From contig JAIPEW010000005.1 of assembly GCA_021736985.1 (NCBI GenBank), positions 26,413-90,412 on the forward strand: DNA of 64,000 nt, given 5' to 3'. Origin of the DNA: Clostridiales bacterium. GTDB lineage: Bacteria > Bacillota > Desulfotomaculia > Desulfotomaculales > VENG01. Under the pieces are notes generated by a model that was given only the letters and a program-made list of their open reading frames with translations, did not search any database and was not told the origin of the DNA. Shown piece by piece: positions 44,371-54,335 of the stretch. Each line of letters begins with the position of its first letter. Positions within the stretch are counted from its first letter, which is position 1. A program made the position numbers and the translations under genes.

Positions 44371-45143
44371 GCCATTACCTCCTTTGACATTTCTAATATC
44401 TTATGTTTGTCGTAAAAATCTTCTAAGGCACTTATTAATTTTGTGTCTCTATCAAGAAGGCGCAGTGCTATCCATCGTGTACTCAGTTCATCGCCCAGCA
44501 AAGGCTTGATTTTTGATTCTAAATGTAAAATAGCATCTTCTAACTTTTTATCATACTTTACCAGGTTAGGCCGGGGTTTTATTTGCCCGCTAATTAACTT
44601 GTTAGTTGTATTCATCAATTCTTCTATACCTTCTTTATTGCGTGCCGCAGTAGGGATGACTGGTATTCCCAGTGTCCTGCTTAATTTTTCAGTGTCGATT
44701 TGTATTTTCTTTCTCCGGGCTTCATCAATCAAATTTAAACAAACGATTACATTACTGGTTATTTCCATGACTTGTAATACCATGTTCAGATTTCTTTCCA
44801 TGCAAGTTGAATCAACAACTACAATTGTAACTTCAGGCTTAGCAAAACAAATAAAGTCTCTTGCCACTTCTTCTTCTACTGAATTTGCTAACAGAGAATA
44901 TGTTCCTGGCAAGTCAACTACCAGGTATTTGCGAGTATTATAAATGTAAGTACCTTTACTTTGCAGTACAGTTTTGCCGGGCCAGTTTCCAGTATGCTGG
45001 CGCAATCCAGTTAAAGCATTAAACAGGGTGCTTTTTCCAGTATTAGGATTACCAGCTAGTGCAATTACAGGTTCGTTGCTGATACATGTTATATTGAAGT
45101 TTTCTCTAGAAGTAATGCCAGTAGATTGATAAGTTAATCCCAT
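44367..45143 (-). CDS. feoB: ferrous iron transporter FeoB, cytoplasmic G-domain plus helical domain as a separate polypeptide
   Basis: G1 GNPNTGKSTLFNALTG, G3 DLPG and G4 NLID. Confidence 0.85.
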   Translation of the reverse strand: MGLTYQSTGITSRENFNITCISNEPVIALAGNPNTGKSTLFNALTGLRQHTGNWPGKTVLQSKGTYIYNTRKYLVVDLPGTYSLLANSVEEEVARDFICFAKPEVTIVVVDSTCMERNLNMVLQVMEITSNVIVCLNLIDEARRKKIQIDTEKLSRTLGIPVIPTAARNKEGIEELMNTTNKLISGQIKPRPNLVKYDKKLEDAILHLESKIKPLLGDELSTRWIALRLLDRDTKLISALEDFYDKHKILEMSKEVMA

Positions 45144-45173
45144 TTTATACCCTCCAATTATTTATAAAATATT

Positions 45174-45407
45174 TTACCTGCTTGTTTGAACTTGACTTGA
45201 CTCTTCTTTGCGTAAGGCTATAACTGCACCACGAATATTATACGCAACAGGATCGCCCATAGGGCTGCGCTGCAAAACTTCTACCCGGGTACCCGGTACT
45301 AATCCTAAGTCAAGCAATCTTCTGCGTGTTGGACCGTCAGCATTTATACTGGTTATCAGGGCAAAAGTATTAGAAGGAACAGTATCTAATGTAATTGAGC
45401 CCTTCAT
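45174..45407 (-). CDS. feoA: FeoA
   Basis: 77 aa with an SH3-like FeoA pattern (RRRLLDLGLVPGTRVEVLQRSPMGDPVAY). Confidence 0.85.
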   Translation of the reverse strand: MKGSITLDTVPSNTFALITSINADGPTRRRLLDLGLVPGTRVEVLQRSPMGDPVAYNIRGAVIALRKEESSQVQTSR

Positions 45408-45613
45408 AAGTTTTCCTCCTTGATTTAGAGTTGATTAAGATTGTTAAGTGTATCTAACAACCTGACATAAAAATAATATGACAATTTTGTACTTCTTGTG
45501 ATAAAAAAATATTATTGAAAATAAGAAAAGTTAGTTTTTACTAACTTTTTACATATCAAGTGCATAAAATAACCTGCGCAATATCTATATATAAGAGGGA
45601 AGGAGGATCGGCT

Positions 45614-46561
45614 GTGGAACAAAATATGAATGATAATTCATTAATGCAGAGTAGAAAAAGAATACTTTATTCAATATTGCTGGTAGGCATTATTTTATGT
45701 GCTAAGTTTATAGGTGCTTTTATTACAAACAGTCTGGCACTTTTTTCAGACTGCTGGCATTTAATGACTGATTTAGCATCACTGCTGATAAGCTGGTGGG
45801 GATTGAAAGTGGTTAATAAACCCGAAACATATACTTTTACTTTCGGGTATTACCGGCACAGTATCTTAACAGCACTTATTAACAATGTTTCTCTAATGAT
45901 CATTGCTGTGTTTATATTATACAAATCAGTTATGCGCTATCTGAATCCAGTTGAAGTAGAACCAGAAGGTATGATGCTTCTTGCTGTTCTTGGACTGGTG
46001 ATAAACAGCATAATTGTATTTAGCTTAAAAAGTAACTCTACTAATCTTAATGTAAAAAGTGCTTTTCTGCACTTTATAGGAGATGCACTTGCTGACGTGG
46101 GAGTTCTGGTAGGCGGGTTGCTAATCTACTTTACTGGCTGGACGGGTGTAGATACCCTGTTAAGTGCTGTGTTAGGGTGCTTTATTCTTAAAAACGCCGT
46201 AAAAATGAGTAAAAGATGTATTAATATATTCTTAGAAGCTGCTCCAGATGATATTTCCATAAATAAAATGAAAGAACGTTTAAAAAGTATAGAGAAAATA
46301 TACGAGGTTACAGATTTGCATGTATGGAGTCTTACTGCAGAAGTGCCGCTATTAACCGCTCATGTATGTGTAGAAGAAGAAAATTTGAAAAAATGTGAAG
46401 AAATATTATTTGAAATACAATCCTTATTAAAAAATGAGTTTAATATAGAACATTCTACAATCCAATTTGAACATGCGCCGTGCAGCAGTTGTTATTTTAA
46501 TTATGTTAATAAGCTACCTGGTTGTGTTATGTGTATTGACTCGTCTAAATCTAAGCAGTAA
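45614..46561 (+). CDS. cation diffusion facilitator family exporter (CzcD/ZitB-like)
   Basis: HLMTDLASL and HFIGDALADVGV metal-site motifs, six TM helices and a C-terminal cytoplasmic domain. The GTG at 45614 has AGGAGG 7 nt upstream. Confidence 0.85.
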   Translation: MEQNMNDNSLMQSRKRILYSILLVGIILCAKFIGAFITNSLALFSDCWHLMTDLASLLISWWGLKVVNKPETYTFTFGYYRHSILTALINNVSLMIIAVFILYKSVMRYLNPVEVEPEGMMLLAVLGLVINSIIVFSLKSNSTNLNVKSAFLHFIGDALADVGVLVGGLLIYFTGWTGVDTLLSAVLGCFILKNAVKMSKRCINIFLEAAPDDISINKMKERLKSIEKIYEVTDLHVWSLTAEVPLLTAHVCVEEENLKKCEEILFEIQSLLKNEFNIEHSTIQFEHAPCSSCYFNYVNKLPGCVMCIDSSKSKQ

Positions 46562-46873
46562 TTTTTACCTGTTTTATATAAATTTTTAGTACTTGGAATA
46601 TGTGCTTGAATCCGGAAAATTAAACAAAAAACATTATAATTGCTGTATGAAGCAATTAGCTCTGTATTGCTGGTTCAGATTGTTTTATATAAGAAGAATT
46701 TAGACTGCATAATTGTTGAACTGATTAATAAAATATATTAATATGTAATTAGAAACAACTTAAGTAGATTATAAAGTTGCTTGGCAAAAACAAGATTTTG
46801 GTCAGGAGGTGATGCGGAGTATACCTGGCAGCTTTATGCTTGATAAATAATATTTAACGAGGGAGGTTATATA

Positions 46874-47635
46874 ATGTCAAATACAGCAGTAGATAATTAT
46901 ACTGATAATTACTTAAATGAATATACTAAGCCTTTTGTAGATAAGTGGGATGAATTGGTGGATTGGAATAAACGCTGGGAGAATGAAAATTTATTTTTTC
47001 AAAATTTATTAAAAGGACATAATTGTCGTACTGTGCTTGATATTGCCACGGGAACTGGTTTCCACAGCGTGATGTTAAGTCGTGATGGTTTTTCAGTAAC
47101 ATCTGCTGACGGTTCAGATAATATGTTGAGAAAAGCTAAAGAAAACGGTAGGAAATACGGGGTGGATTTATCTGTAGTAAGGGCGGACTGGAGGCATCTT
47201 AGTTCTTATATTTTTGATAAGTTTGATGCAGTTGTATGCCTGGGTAATTCTTTTACACATATATTTGATAGTAATGAACGCAGGTTAGCTATGAAAGAAA
47301 TCTACAAGGTTTTGAAAAATGGTGGGCTTGCAATAATAGACCAGAGAAATTATGATGCAATAATAAAATACGGGTATACCAGCAAGCATACCTATCATTA
47401 TTGCGGCAAGAACGTAGAAATAGACCCTGACCATGTATCACGGGATGCAGTCAGGCTGCGTTATACATTTAGTGATAAATCAAATTATCTGCTTACTATG
47501 TATCCTATTCTTCAAGATAAACTTACAGAGATATTGAAAGAATCTGGATTTAAGAATGTAGAAAGATACGGTGATTTTAGTAAAGATTATGAATTTTACG
47601 AGCCTGATTTTATCACCCAGGTTGGATATAAGTAA
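46874..47635 (+). CDS. class I SAM-dependent methyltransferase, glycine/sarcosine N-methyltransferase-like
   Basis: Motif I region VLDIATGTGFHSVMLSRDGFSVTSADGSDNML closely resembles GNMT/GSMT proteins. LGNSFTHI is also present. Confidence 0.6.
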   Translation: MSNTAVDNYTDNYLNEYTKPFVDKWDELVDWNKRWENENLFFQNLLKGHNCRTVLDIATGTGFHSVMLSRDGFSVTSADGSDNMLRKAKENGRKYGVDLSVVRADWRHLSSYIFDKFDAVVCLGNSFTHIFDSNERRLAMKEIYKVLKNGGLAIIDQRNYDAIIKYGYTSKHTYHYCGKNVEIDPDHVSRDAVRLRYTFSDKSNYLLTMYPILQDKLTEILKESGFKNVERYGDFSKDYEFYEPDFITQVGYK

Positions 47636-47667
47636 AAAAAAAGCCGGGTAATCTCCGGCTATTTTTT
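47634..47667. terminator. bidirectional terminator
   Basis: aaaaaaaaagccgggtaatctccggctatttttt. Confidence 0.8.
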
Positions 47668-48108
47668 ATAACCGTTTACCAGGCCCAACCCTTTATTTTC
47701 ACGATAGCGGCTGTGTTTTTCAAATTTTTCTCTGCACTCTATATTGTTTTCCAAAAAATCAAGTAAATTTTCAATCGATCTAATTGTCGGAAGAGTTAAG
47801 TAATGTTCCATTGCTTCAGCTTCAGCATTTATATTGCATTTTGAATCTATAACCTGTAAAAATCTTTGCAGTATACTGTTTCTTTCTACTAGAAATTTAC
47901 CTAACCTGCGCCCTTTATCAGTTAAAACTAGTTCTCTATATTTTTTATATATTAAATAATCTTTTTCACTTAGCTTGTGTATGGCATTATTAACCGAGGG
48001 GAGGGTTACATCCAGGCATGCTGCAATATCGCTAACACGTGCAGCATCATTGTTTTGTAATAAACGGTAAATTTCCTCCAGGTAGTCTTCCAGGCTTGGT
48101 GAAAGCAT
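47659..48108 (-). CDS. mntR: DtxR/MntR-family metal-dependent transcriptional repressor
   Basis: MLSPSLEDYLEEIYRL..RVSDIAACLDVTLPSVNNAIHKL. Its 149 aa and lack of an SH3-like domain suggest MntR-like. Confidence 0.75.
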   Translation of the reverse strand: MLSPSLEDYLEEIYRLLQNNDAARVSDIAACLDVTLPSVNNAIHKLSEKDYLIYKKYRELVLTDKGRRLGKFLVERNSILQRFLQVIDSKCNINAEAEAMEHYLTLPTIRSIENLLDFLENNIECREKFEKHSRYRENKGLGLVNGYKK

Positions 48109-48312
48109 GTTGTTACACCCCTTTGAAGAAAGAAGAATATTAATATATGTTTTATATATATTAACAGTTTATGCTAGTTAATATATTTTTTTTATACTAC
48201 ATTTTTATTAACATTAATTTAACTATTTAAGGCTTACCAGTTATTCTTACTAGCCGCTATTTATTTACAGTTAAGAAAAAGAACTGTCATATAATAATGC
48301 TTCCATTTTTAA

Positions 48313-48352
48313 AAAGCCGGGAAAGTTTTTATAAACTTACCCCGGCTTTTAT
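48313..48352 (-). terminator. terminator after the HAD hydrolase gene
   Basis: Minus strand: agccgggg-taagtttataaaaacttt-cccggct followed by a U-run. Confidence 0.7.
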
Positions 48353-48379
48353 AGCTATATAAAAAATATACAAATATAT

Positions 48380-49090
48380 TTAATCACCAGTTGTTTTTAG
48401 CATTTCTATAAGATCAGCTAATGTTCCTGACCAGTCTGGCTGCAGTTCTTCTTGTGGGGAACCGATAAGATGATCTGTTACCAGGCAAGTTTTCATTCCA
48501 AGTTTGGCTGGTACAAGGTCTTCTTCTGCATGGTTTCCAATCATGATACATTCACGGGGCAGAACTTCAAGCTGTTCCGTGATTTCCGTAAAGTATTCCG
48601 GGTGCGGCTTGCAAAAATGCATATTTTCATAACTGGTAATTAATTCCCATGGCATATCATTGACTCCTGCCCATGTCATCCGGTCGTGTATGGCTGAAGT
48701 GGGAAATACAGAGTTTGTTGCTAGAGCAATACGATAACCTTTTTCTACGGCCGTTTGTACGGCGAGGTGTGAGTACTTATTGTGTCCGGCCAGGTTTCCA
48801 AGCTTATGAAACTCATTTTTATAAAAATCTTCAATAAGTGGTTCTAAATCTTGTATGTATTTACCCAGGTAAGAGTTAAACGCTGCCCAAAAAACGTCAG
48901 AGTTATAAGCAGAGGCATCCCGGTTTTCTATCATTGCCTGGGTGCTTGCCATGAGAGCCCGGGTGAACAATTGTGGATCTACAACCTGTGCCATAAATGA
49001 AGAAATTTTCTTAGTGTATTCTTTCATGAACTTTTCTGTATCTATTGGTAAGAGCGTTCCATCAAGATCAAAAAGAGCTGCTTTTAGCAA
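48380..49090 (-). CDS. HAD-superfamily hydrolase
   Basis: Motif I AALFDLDGTLL, with downstream TNS and GNHAEED motifs. Confidence 0.8.
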   Translation of the reverse strand: MLKAALFDLDGTLLPIDTEKFMKEYTKKISSFMAQVVDPQLFTRALMASTQAMIENRDASAYNSDVFWAAFNSYLGKYIQDLEPLIEDFYKNEFHKLGNLAGHNKYSHLAVQTAVEKGYRIALATNSVFPTSAIHDRMTWAGVNDMPWELITSYENMHFCKPHPEYFTEITEQLEVLPRECIMIGNHAEEDLVPAKLGMKTCLVTDHLIGSPQEELQPDWSGTLADLIEMLKTTGD

Positions 49091-49282
49091 GTATTTATCA
49101 TCCTTTCTGTTGTGATATTAATAATATACTGGTAAAATACATCTTTGAATAAAAATAACAAGTTATTTTTGGAACCTGTTATAATTCATAATTAATTATA
49201 TAAAAAATTGATCTTTGTTTTTTAATTATAATAATTATTGATTAAAGTTAAGAGCGTTTAATTTTCAGGGGGGATTAAGCTT

Positions 49283-49948
49283 TTGAAAAAGATTATATAT
49301 TACTTGCTGCAGTACAGCTGGTTAACGCTGGGACTTTTTGTGCTTAGTATCGGTATTGTTTTATTAATTCGCGCTAATTTGGGTCCTGCGCCATGGGATG
49401 TTTTTCATACTGGTATAACGAATTATATATCTTTAACATTAGGTCAAGTAATGATACTTGCCGGGGGTATAATAGTATTATTAAGCTGGGTATTGGGTGT
49501 CAAGCCTTATACGGGTACCGTTTTAAATATGACACTTATAGGTTTTTTTGTTGATTATATTATGAATCAGGGATGGTTTATAGTGCCGCATCTAATGTTT
49601 TACTGTATTATATACATGATTTTTGGTATTATACTCTGTGGTGCAGGTTCTGGAATATATATAAGTGCAAATCTGGGAGCCGGGCCCCGTGACAGTTTAA
49701 TGCTGGCCCTGTGTAAAATAACAGGCCAGCGTGTTGGAGTGGTAAGAACAATTTTAGAAGTTAGTGTAGTCATAGCAGGGTATCTTTTGGGCGGTCTTTT
49801 CGGCCCGGGAACAATAATGTTTTCCTTATTTATTGGTTGGGTTATAGAATTCTCTTTAAATCTAATAAGAAAACTTACCAGTTATTCTGTTTTTATAAAT
49901 GTACAAAATATGTTGTTGAGAAGAGCACACTGTCATAAATCGTGTTAA
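49283..49948 (+). CDS. YczE/YitT-like integral membrane protein
   Basis: Polytopic, with LGPAPWDVFHTG and GAGPRDSLM motifs. Confidence 0.55.
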   Translation: MKKIIYYLLQYSWLTLGLFVLSIGIVLLIRANLGPAPWDVFHTGITNYISLTLGQVMILAGGIIVLLSWVLGVKPYTGTVLNMTLIGFFVDYIMNQGWFIVPHLMFYCIIYMIFGIILCGAGSGIYISANLGAGPRDSLMLALCKITGQRVGVVRTILEVSVVIAGYLLGGLFGPGTIMFSLFIGWVIEFSLNLIRKLTSYSVFINVQNMLLRRAHCHKSC

Positions 49949-49995
49949 CCTTTGAGATACATAATATGTAATAAAAAGGAGATTGATGCTGCAAC

Positions 49996-50781
49996 ATGGT
50001 AATTGAAAATGCTGTATTAATTCTTATTATTGGTATTGCTGCAGGGTTTATAAATGTGCTGGCTGGAGGCGGATCTCTATTAACCATGCCGGTGTTAATT
50101 TTTCTGGGATTGCCGTCAGCTGTGGCAAACGGTACCAACCGTATAGCCCTGTTAGTACAAAACATAATCGCAGTTTATAACTTTAAAAACAAAGGATTTT
50201 TTGACTGGAAATTAAGTTTATTGCTTGGTATTCCTGCTGTATTAGGTTCTATAGTAGGAGCAAATATAGCTATTACACTGCCGGACCAGGTTTTTAACAA
50301 AATACTTGGCGTAGTAATGCTGATGGTACTCATCCTAATATTATGGGAACCTCAGAAAAAAATAGCTTTGCAGGATGATAAAGATACAAACGAACTCAGT
50401 ACAGGTCGTAAGATAATGTCTGCAGCAGCTTTTTTCTTTGTTGGGATATATGGAGGCTTTATTCAAGCAGGCGTAGGCTTTATTATAATAGCCAGCTTGT
50501 CACTTTTAGCCGGGATGACCCTGGTGAAAATCAATAGTATAAAAGTATTTGTAGTTGGCGTATACATGTTGTTTTCACTGGTTGTTTTTATAATTAACGG
50601 CCAGGTAAACTGGATGCTCGGTGCTGCTCTTGCTGTAGGTAATGGTATTGGTGCCTGGTTGGGCAGTAATTTTGCTGTGGATAAAGGAGATAAGTGGATA
50701 CGCCGGGTTCTTTTTATTACTGTTATTTTTATGGCAGCCAAATTGCTGGGAGTATTTAAATTTGTTATGAAAATTATATAA
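49996..50781 (+). CDS. TauE/SafE-family anion (sulfite-type) exporter
   Basis: Eight TM helices, with AGGGSLLTMPVLIFLGLP and GTNR motifs. Confidence 0.75.
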   Translation: MVIENAVLILIIGIAAGFINVLAGGGSLLTMPVLIFLGLPSAVANGTNRIALLVQNIIAVYNFKNKGFFDWKLSLLLGIPAVLGSIVGANIAITLPDQVFNKILGVVMLMVLILILWEPQKKIALQDDKDTNELSTGRKIMSAAAFFFVGIYGGFIQAGVGFIIIASLSLLAGMTLVKINSIKVFVVGVYMLFSLVVFIINGQVNWMLGAALAVGNGIGAWLGSNFAVDKGDKWIRRVLFITVIFMAAKLLGVFKFVMKII

Positions 50782-50803
50782 TGATTACGGATAAAATTTG
50801 CTT

Positions 50804-51226
50804 TTAAGTCTGCTCTTTTAAAAACCTGGTCCAATCACCATCAGATATTATCACACCATTTTTTTTCAGCCACTGTCTTTTACTGGGCGGCCACATATAT
50901 AAGTGTGCTTTTATAGTTTCACCGGTATCAATAATTTCTACGTCCCGGATTTCCCTTATAAGATGACTCTGGGTTTCAATATCGGTATACTTGTGAATTT
51001 CATCAATTTCCGGAAGTATAACAGGTAATTCCTCTGTATTATACAAAACACCTTTTATATATCTCTCACCATCAATTACGACGGGGTAACCGTCTTCAGG
51101 CAGGTAGTACATAATTCCTTTAGTCCTGGCATTATAAATGTTAGGATTGTATTTTTTTATAAAATAATTATAATTATTTAGTCCCGGAAGTAGTGTCCCA
51201 AATACAAAAAAATTATTTAAATACAT
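50804..51226 (-). CDS. gamma-glutamylcyclotransferase (AIG2/GGACT-like)
   Basis: N-terminal FVFGTLLPG motif and typical size. Confidence 0.65.
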   Translation of the reverse strand: MYLNNFFVFGTLLPGLNNYNYFIKKYNPNIYNARTKGIMYYLPEDGYPVVIDGERYIKGVLYNTEELPVILPEIDEIHKYTDIETQSHLIREIRDVEIIDTGETIKAHLYMWPPSKRQWLKKNGVIISDGDWTRFLKEQT

Positions 51227-51308
51227 AAAACATCACCCGCCCGTATTGTAACACAAAAAACAAGAAGTATATAGGTAAAATAAGGGAGCTAAACTTTTGC
51301 CGGGTTTT

Positions 51309-51578
51309 TTACCCGGCTTGTTCAACTAATTCTAAAAAATCGTCCCCTAGTTTTGTAAGTGTGCAAATTTTGCTCTTTCCTTCAGTTTCAACTTCTACAA
51401 GGCCCAGTGCATAAAGCTGTAAGAGTATATGATCCAGTACAGCCCTTTTAACACTAGCTGTAAGTGACAACCCCTCTTTGTTCATACTTCCTTCTTCACC
51501 AAGTACTTTTAATACTCTTGTTGCTTCATCAGGTAAGCGATTACTTGCTTTAAGTAAGTATTCATTTAGTGTTAGCAT
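51309..51578 (-). CDS. small hypothetical protein, possibly winged-helix
   Basis: The internal ATG at 51578 (MLTLNEYLLK) has AGAGGTG upstream; the track start is 51665. Confidence 0.45.
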   Translation of the reverse strand: MLTLNEYLLKASNRLPDEATRVLKVLGEEGSMNKEGLSLTASVKRAVLDHILLQLYALGLVEVETEGKSKICTLTKLGDDFLELVEQAG

Positions 51579-51844
51579 TTTAAAAACACCTCTTTGCAAA
51601 AAATTATATTTAGCATATATATTAACCAAATTATCTTTGATTAATAAGTTAGATTTATGAAACATAAGAAAATTTTACATAGATAAGCAATTATTAATTT
51701 AAATTTGAACTATAATTAAGAGCATGCAGCGTTTCAGTACCCTGGATACCAAATGAAAAATTTTTAACAATAACTTGACTTTAGTTCTTTAGTTAGTTAA
51801 ACTGTTAGCAGAAAAAATAGTATGGATGGTGGAGGAGTAGAGAA

Positions 51845-52687
51845 ATGAAAAAAAATTTATTATTATGGGTTATTTCTGCGGTTTTGGGGTTGTCATTGGT
51901 AGCAGCAGGGTGTGGTGGACAAGATAATGAGAGCAATTCAGGAGATCAAAATGATAAAGCTAAAAGTACAACATGGCAGCAAGTACAAGAAGATGGTGTA
52001 TTAAAAGTAGGTTTAGATGATACTTTTGCACCCATGGGATATCATGATCCAGATACCAATGAATTAATTGGTTTCGATATTGATATGGGGAAAGAACTAG
52101 CCAAGAATTTGGGAGTTGAAATTGAGTGGCAGCCGACCGAGTGGGAAGGTGTTATTGCTTCACTTAAAACAAAGAAATTCGATGCAGTTATTTCAGGCAT
52201 GAGTGTTACTGAAAAACGTAAAAAACAAATTGCTTTTTCTGATAACTACCTGCAGGCAGGTATCGGCATGGTAGTGAAGAAAAGTAATGATAATAGTATA
52301 AAAACAGCAGAAGATTTAAAGGAATTAAAAAGTGATGAGATTGCAACGCAAACTGGAAGTTCCGGTGAGACAGCATGTGATGAACTGGAACTAGGTGAAG
52401 TGAAACTGTATGATCAATATCCCGAGGCTTTTCAAGATTTAGCAATAGGGCGTGTGAATGTAGTTATAGTAGATGTAACTACTGCAGCGCACTATGTAAG
52501 TAAAAAACCGGATACTTATAAAATTGTTGGAGAGCGCTTAGTTAAAGAACCGTACGCTATCGGTCTTCGGAAAGCTGATGCTGAGCTTCAGAAAGAGATT
52601 AATAAAGCTCTGTCTGAAATGAAAGAAGACGGTACTTTAACTGAAATATCTCAGAAATGGTTTGGAAACGATTTAATTCCTGAATAA
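51845..52687 (+). CDS. polar amino-acid ABC transporter substrate-binding lipoprotein
   Basis: Lipobox LVAAGCGG plus the family-3 SBP pattern (LKVGLDDTFAPMGY, GFDIDM). Confidence 0.85.
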   Translation: MKKNLLLWVISAVLGLSLVAAGCGGQDNESNSGDQNDKAKSTTWQQVQEDGVLKVGLDDTFAPMGYHDPDTNELIGFDIDMGKELAKNLGVEIEWQPTEWEGVIASLKTKKFDAVISGMSVTEKRKKQIAFSDNYLQAGIGMVVKKSNDNSIKTAEDLKELKSDEIATQTGSSGETACDELELGEVKLYDQYPEAFQDLAIGRVNVVIVDVTTAAHYVSKKPDTYKIVGERLVKEPYAIGLRKADAELQKEINKALSEMKEDGTLTEISQKWFGNDLIPE

Positions 52688-52712
52688 TAAATTAGACAAC
52701 GGAGTGTAAGCA

Positions 52713-53384
52713 ATGAAATTTGGGCCATTAGATATAGGTTTTCAATGTAACATTTTCCCAGTGCTGCTCAAGGGTGCTTTAATGACCCTTGAGTTAACAC
52801 TTTTAGCGATTTTTTTCGGAACTGTTATCGGTCTTTTTATAGCACTTGCAAAAATATCAAGGGTGCGAATACTTGAATTTATAGGGGGGATTTATACCTG
52901 GGTTGTCAGGGGGATCCCCCTTCTTGTGCAGCTTTTTCTTTTATATTATGGTTTGGCCCAGGTTGGTATAGAGTTAAGTTCTTTTACCGCTGCAGTTATG
53001 GGATTAAGCATATGCGGGGGAGCATATATAGCAGAAATTTTCCGTGCTGGAATACAGTCTATAGACAGGGGGCAGAAGGAAGCTGCTTTGTCCCTGGGTA
53101 TGTCATCAGGCCAGGCTTTTCGCCGGGTAATTTTGCCCCAGGCATATCGTAGGTTGCTTCCGCCCATGGGTAACGAATTTATTACGCTAATGAAAGATTC
53201 TTCTCTGGTTTCTGTAATAAGTATGACTGATTTAATGCGTACGGGACAGCTTTTGAACAGCTCACATTTTAAGCCGATGGAAATATACTTGCCGGTTGCA
53301 ATCATATATTTAATATTAACGACTATATTTATTTATTTACTAGGTAATATAGAAAAGCGTCTGGCTATATATGACGGTGATTAA
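52713..53384 (+). CDS. polar amino-acid ABC transporter permease (HisMQ/GlnP family)
   Basis: EAA-loop region IDRGQKEAALSLGMSSGQAFRRVILPQA. Confidence 0.88.
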   Translation: MKFGPLDIGFQCNIFPVLLKGALMTLELTLLAIFFGTVIGLFIALAKISRVRILEFIGGIYTWVVRGIPLLVQLFLLYYGLAQVGIELSSFTAAVMGLSICGGAYIAEIFRAGIQSIDRGQKEAALSLGMSSGQAFRRVILPQAYRRLLPPMGNEFITLMKDSSLVSVISMTDLMRTGQLLNSSHFKPMEIYLPVAIIYLILTTIFIYLLGNIEKRLAIYDGD

Positions 53385-53393
53385 AGAGGGTGA

Positions 53394-54155
53394 ATGCTTG
53401 TGATTGAAGCACAAAATATAACCAAGAGTTTTGGTGATTTCCAGGTACTAAAAAAAGTTAACCTCTTTGTTAAACAGGGTGAAGTCGTTGTGATAATAGG
53501 TCCCAGCGGGTCCGGTAAGAGTACTTTTCTGCGCTGTTTAAATTATTTAGAGCCTATTGATGACGGGTCTATTACTGTAAATGGACAAACAGTAGGTAAA
53601 AGAAAGCTAACTAGCGGGCAATTAGTTGAAGTTCATAAAAAGAATATATATCGCCTGCGAAGCCAGATAGGTATGGTTTTTCAGCAATTTAACTTGTTTC
53701 CCCATAAAACGGCGCTGGAAAATGTAATGGAAGGCCCAATAACAGTAAGTAGAATTTCTGAATCTGAAGCCCGTGAAAGGGCAGAGGTACTGTTAGACAA
53801 GGTAGGGCTTGTAGATAAAGCCGGTACTTATCCTGTTCATCTTTCTGGCGGACAGAAACAGCGCGTAGCTATAGCAAGGGCTCTTGCCATGCAGCCGCGT
53901 GCAATGCTTTTTGACGAACCTACCAGCGCGCTTGATCCGGAATTAGTAGACGGAGTTCTGGCAGTTATCAAGGAATTGGCCCTGGAAGGAATGACAATGG
54001 TAGTAGTAAGTCATGAAATGAGTTTTGCGCGTGAAGTTGCTGACAGGGTAATTTTTATGGATGAGGGCTGTATAATAGAAGAGTCTACACCGCAAAAAAT
54101 TTTTTCAGAACCTGATCATCCTAGAACAACAGAATTCTTAAGTAAAATATTATAG
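53394..54155 (+). CDS. polar amino-acid ABC transporter ATPase (GlnQ-like)
   Basis: [24 protein letters not shown] and [10 protein letters not shown] motifs. Confidence 0.9.
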   Translation: MLVIEAQNITKSFGDFQVLKKVNLFVKQGEVVVIIGPSGSGKSTFLRCLNYLEPIDDGSITVNGQTVGKRKLTSGQLVEVHKKNIYRLRSQIGMVFQQFNLFPHKTALENVMEGPITVSRISESEARERAEVLLDKVGLVDKAGTYPVHLSGGQKQRVAIARALAMQPRAMLFDEPTSALDPELVDGVLAVIKELALEGMTMVVVSHEMSFAREVADRVIFMDEGCIIEESTPQKIFSEPDHPRTTEFLSKIL

Positions 54156-54168
54156 AAAATTAAGTAGT

Positions 54169-54200
54169 AAAATCGCGTAGCAATCACTGCGCGATTTTTA
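54169..54200 (+). terminator. intrinsic terminator
   Basis: aaaatcgcg-tagcaatcactg-cgcgatttttat. Confidence 0.75.
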
Positions 54201-54335
54201 TGTCTATATGCTGTTTTACTTTTTTTTACAAAATATTGTTCTTAAAGCTATTTGGAGGTATTTTAAATATGCATAAAGAATGATAACTAGGTAGAGTAAT
54301 AAAAAAAAACTATTATACGGGTGGAGGAAAAAGCA

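Noticed and set aside
44360-44375. The FeoB split could be a sequencing frameshift or pseudogene.
   Set aside because: The junction has an ATGA stop-start overlap with GGAGG at ideal spacing and no homopolymer, which favours a genuine two-gene arrangement. It is still flagged for verification in the findings.
45424-45613. I looked for a NiCo (czcD-motif) riboswitch upstream of the CDF exporter and for a Fur box upstream of feoA. I noted a 7-bp inverted repeat aagttag-N6-ctaactt at 45529-45548.
   Set aside because: The region is almost pure AT with none of the GC-rich four-way-junction blocks of the czcD motif. The inverted repeat is short and AT-rich enough to arise by chance, and there is no convincing TGATAAT-N-ATTATCA.
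48150-48185. An AT-only inverted repeat (ttaatatat..atatattaa) upstream of mntR could be an MntR operator.
   Set aside because: Palindromes built only of A/T are expected by chance in this composition, and it bears no resemblance to the MntR box I recall.
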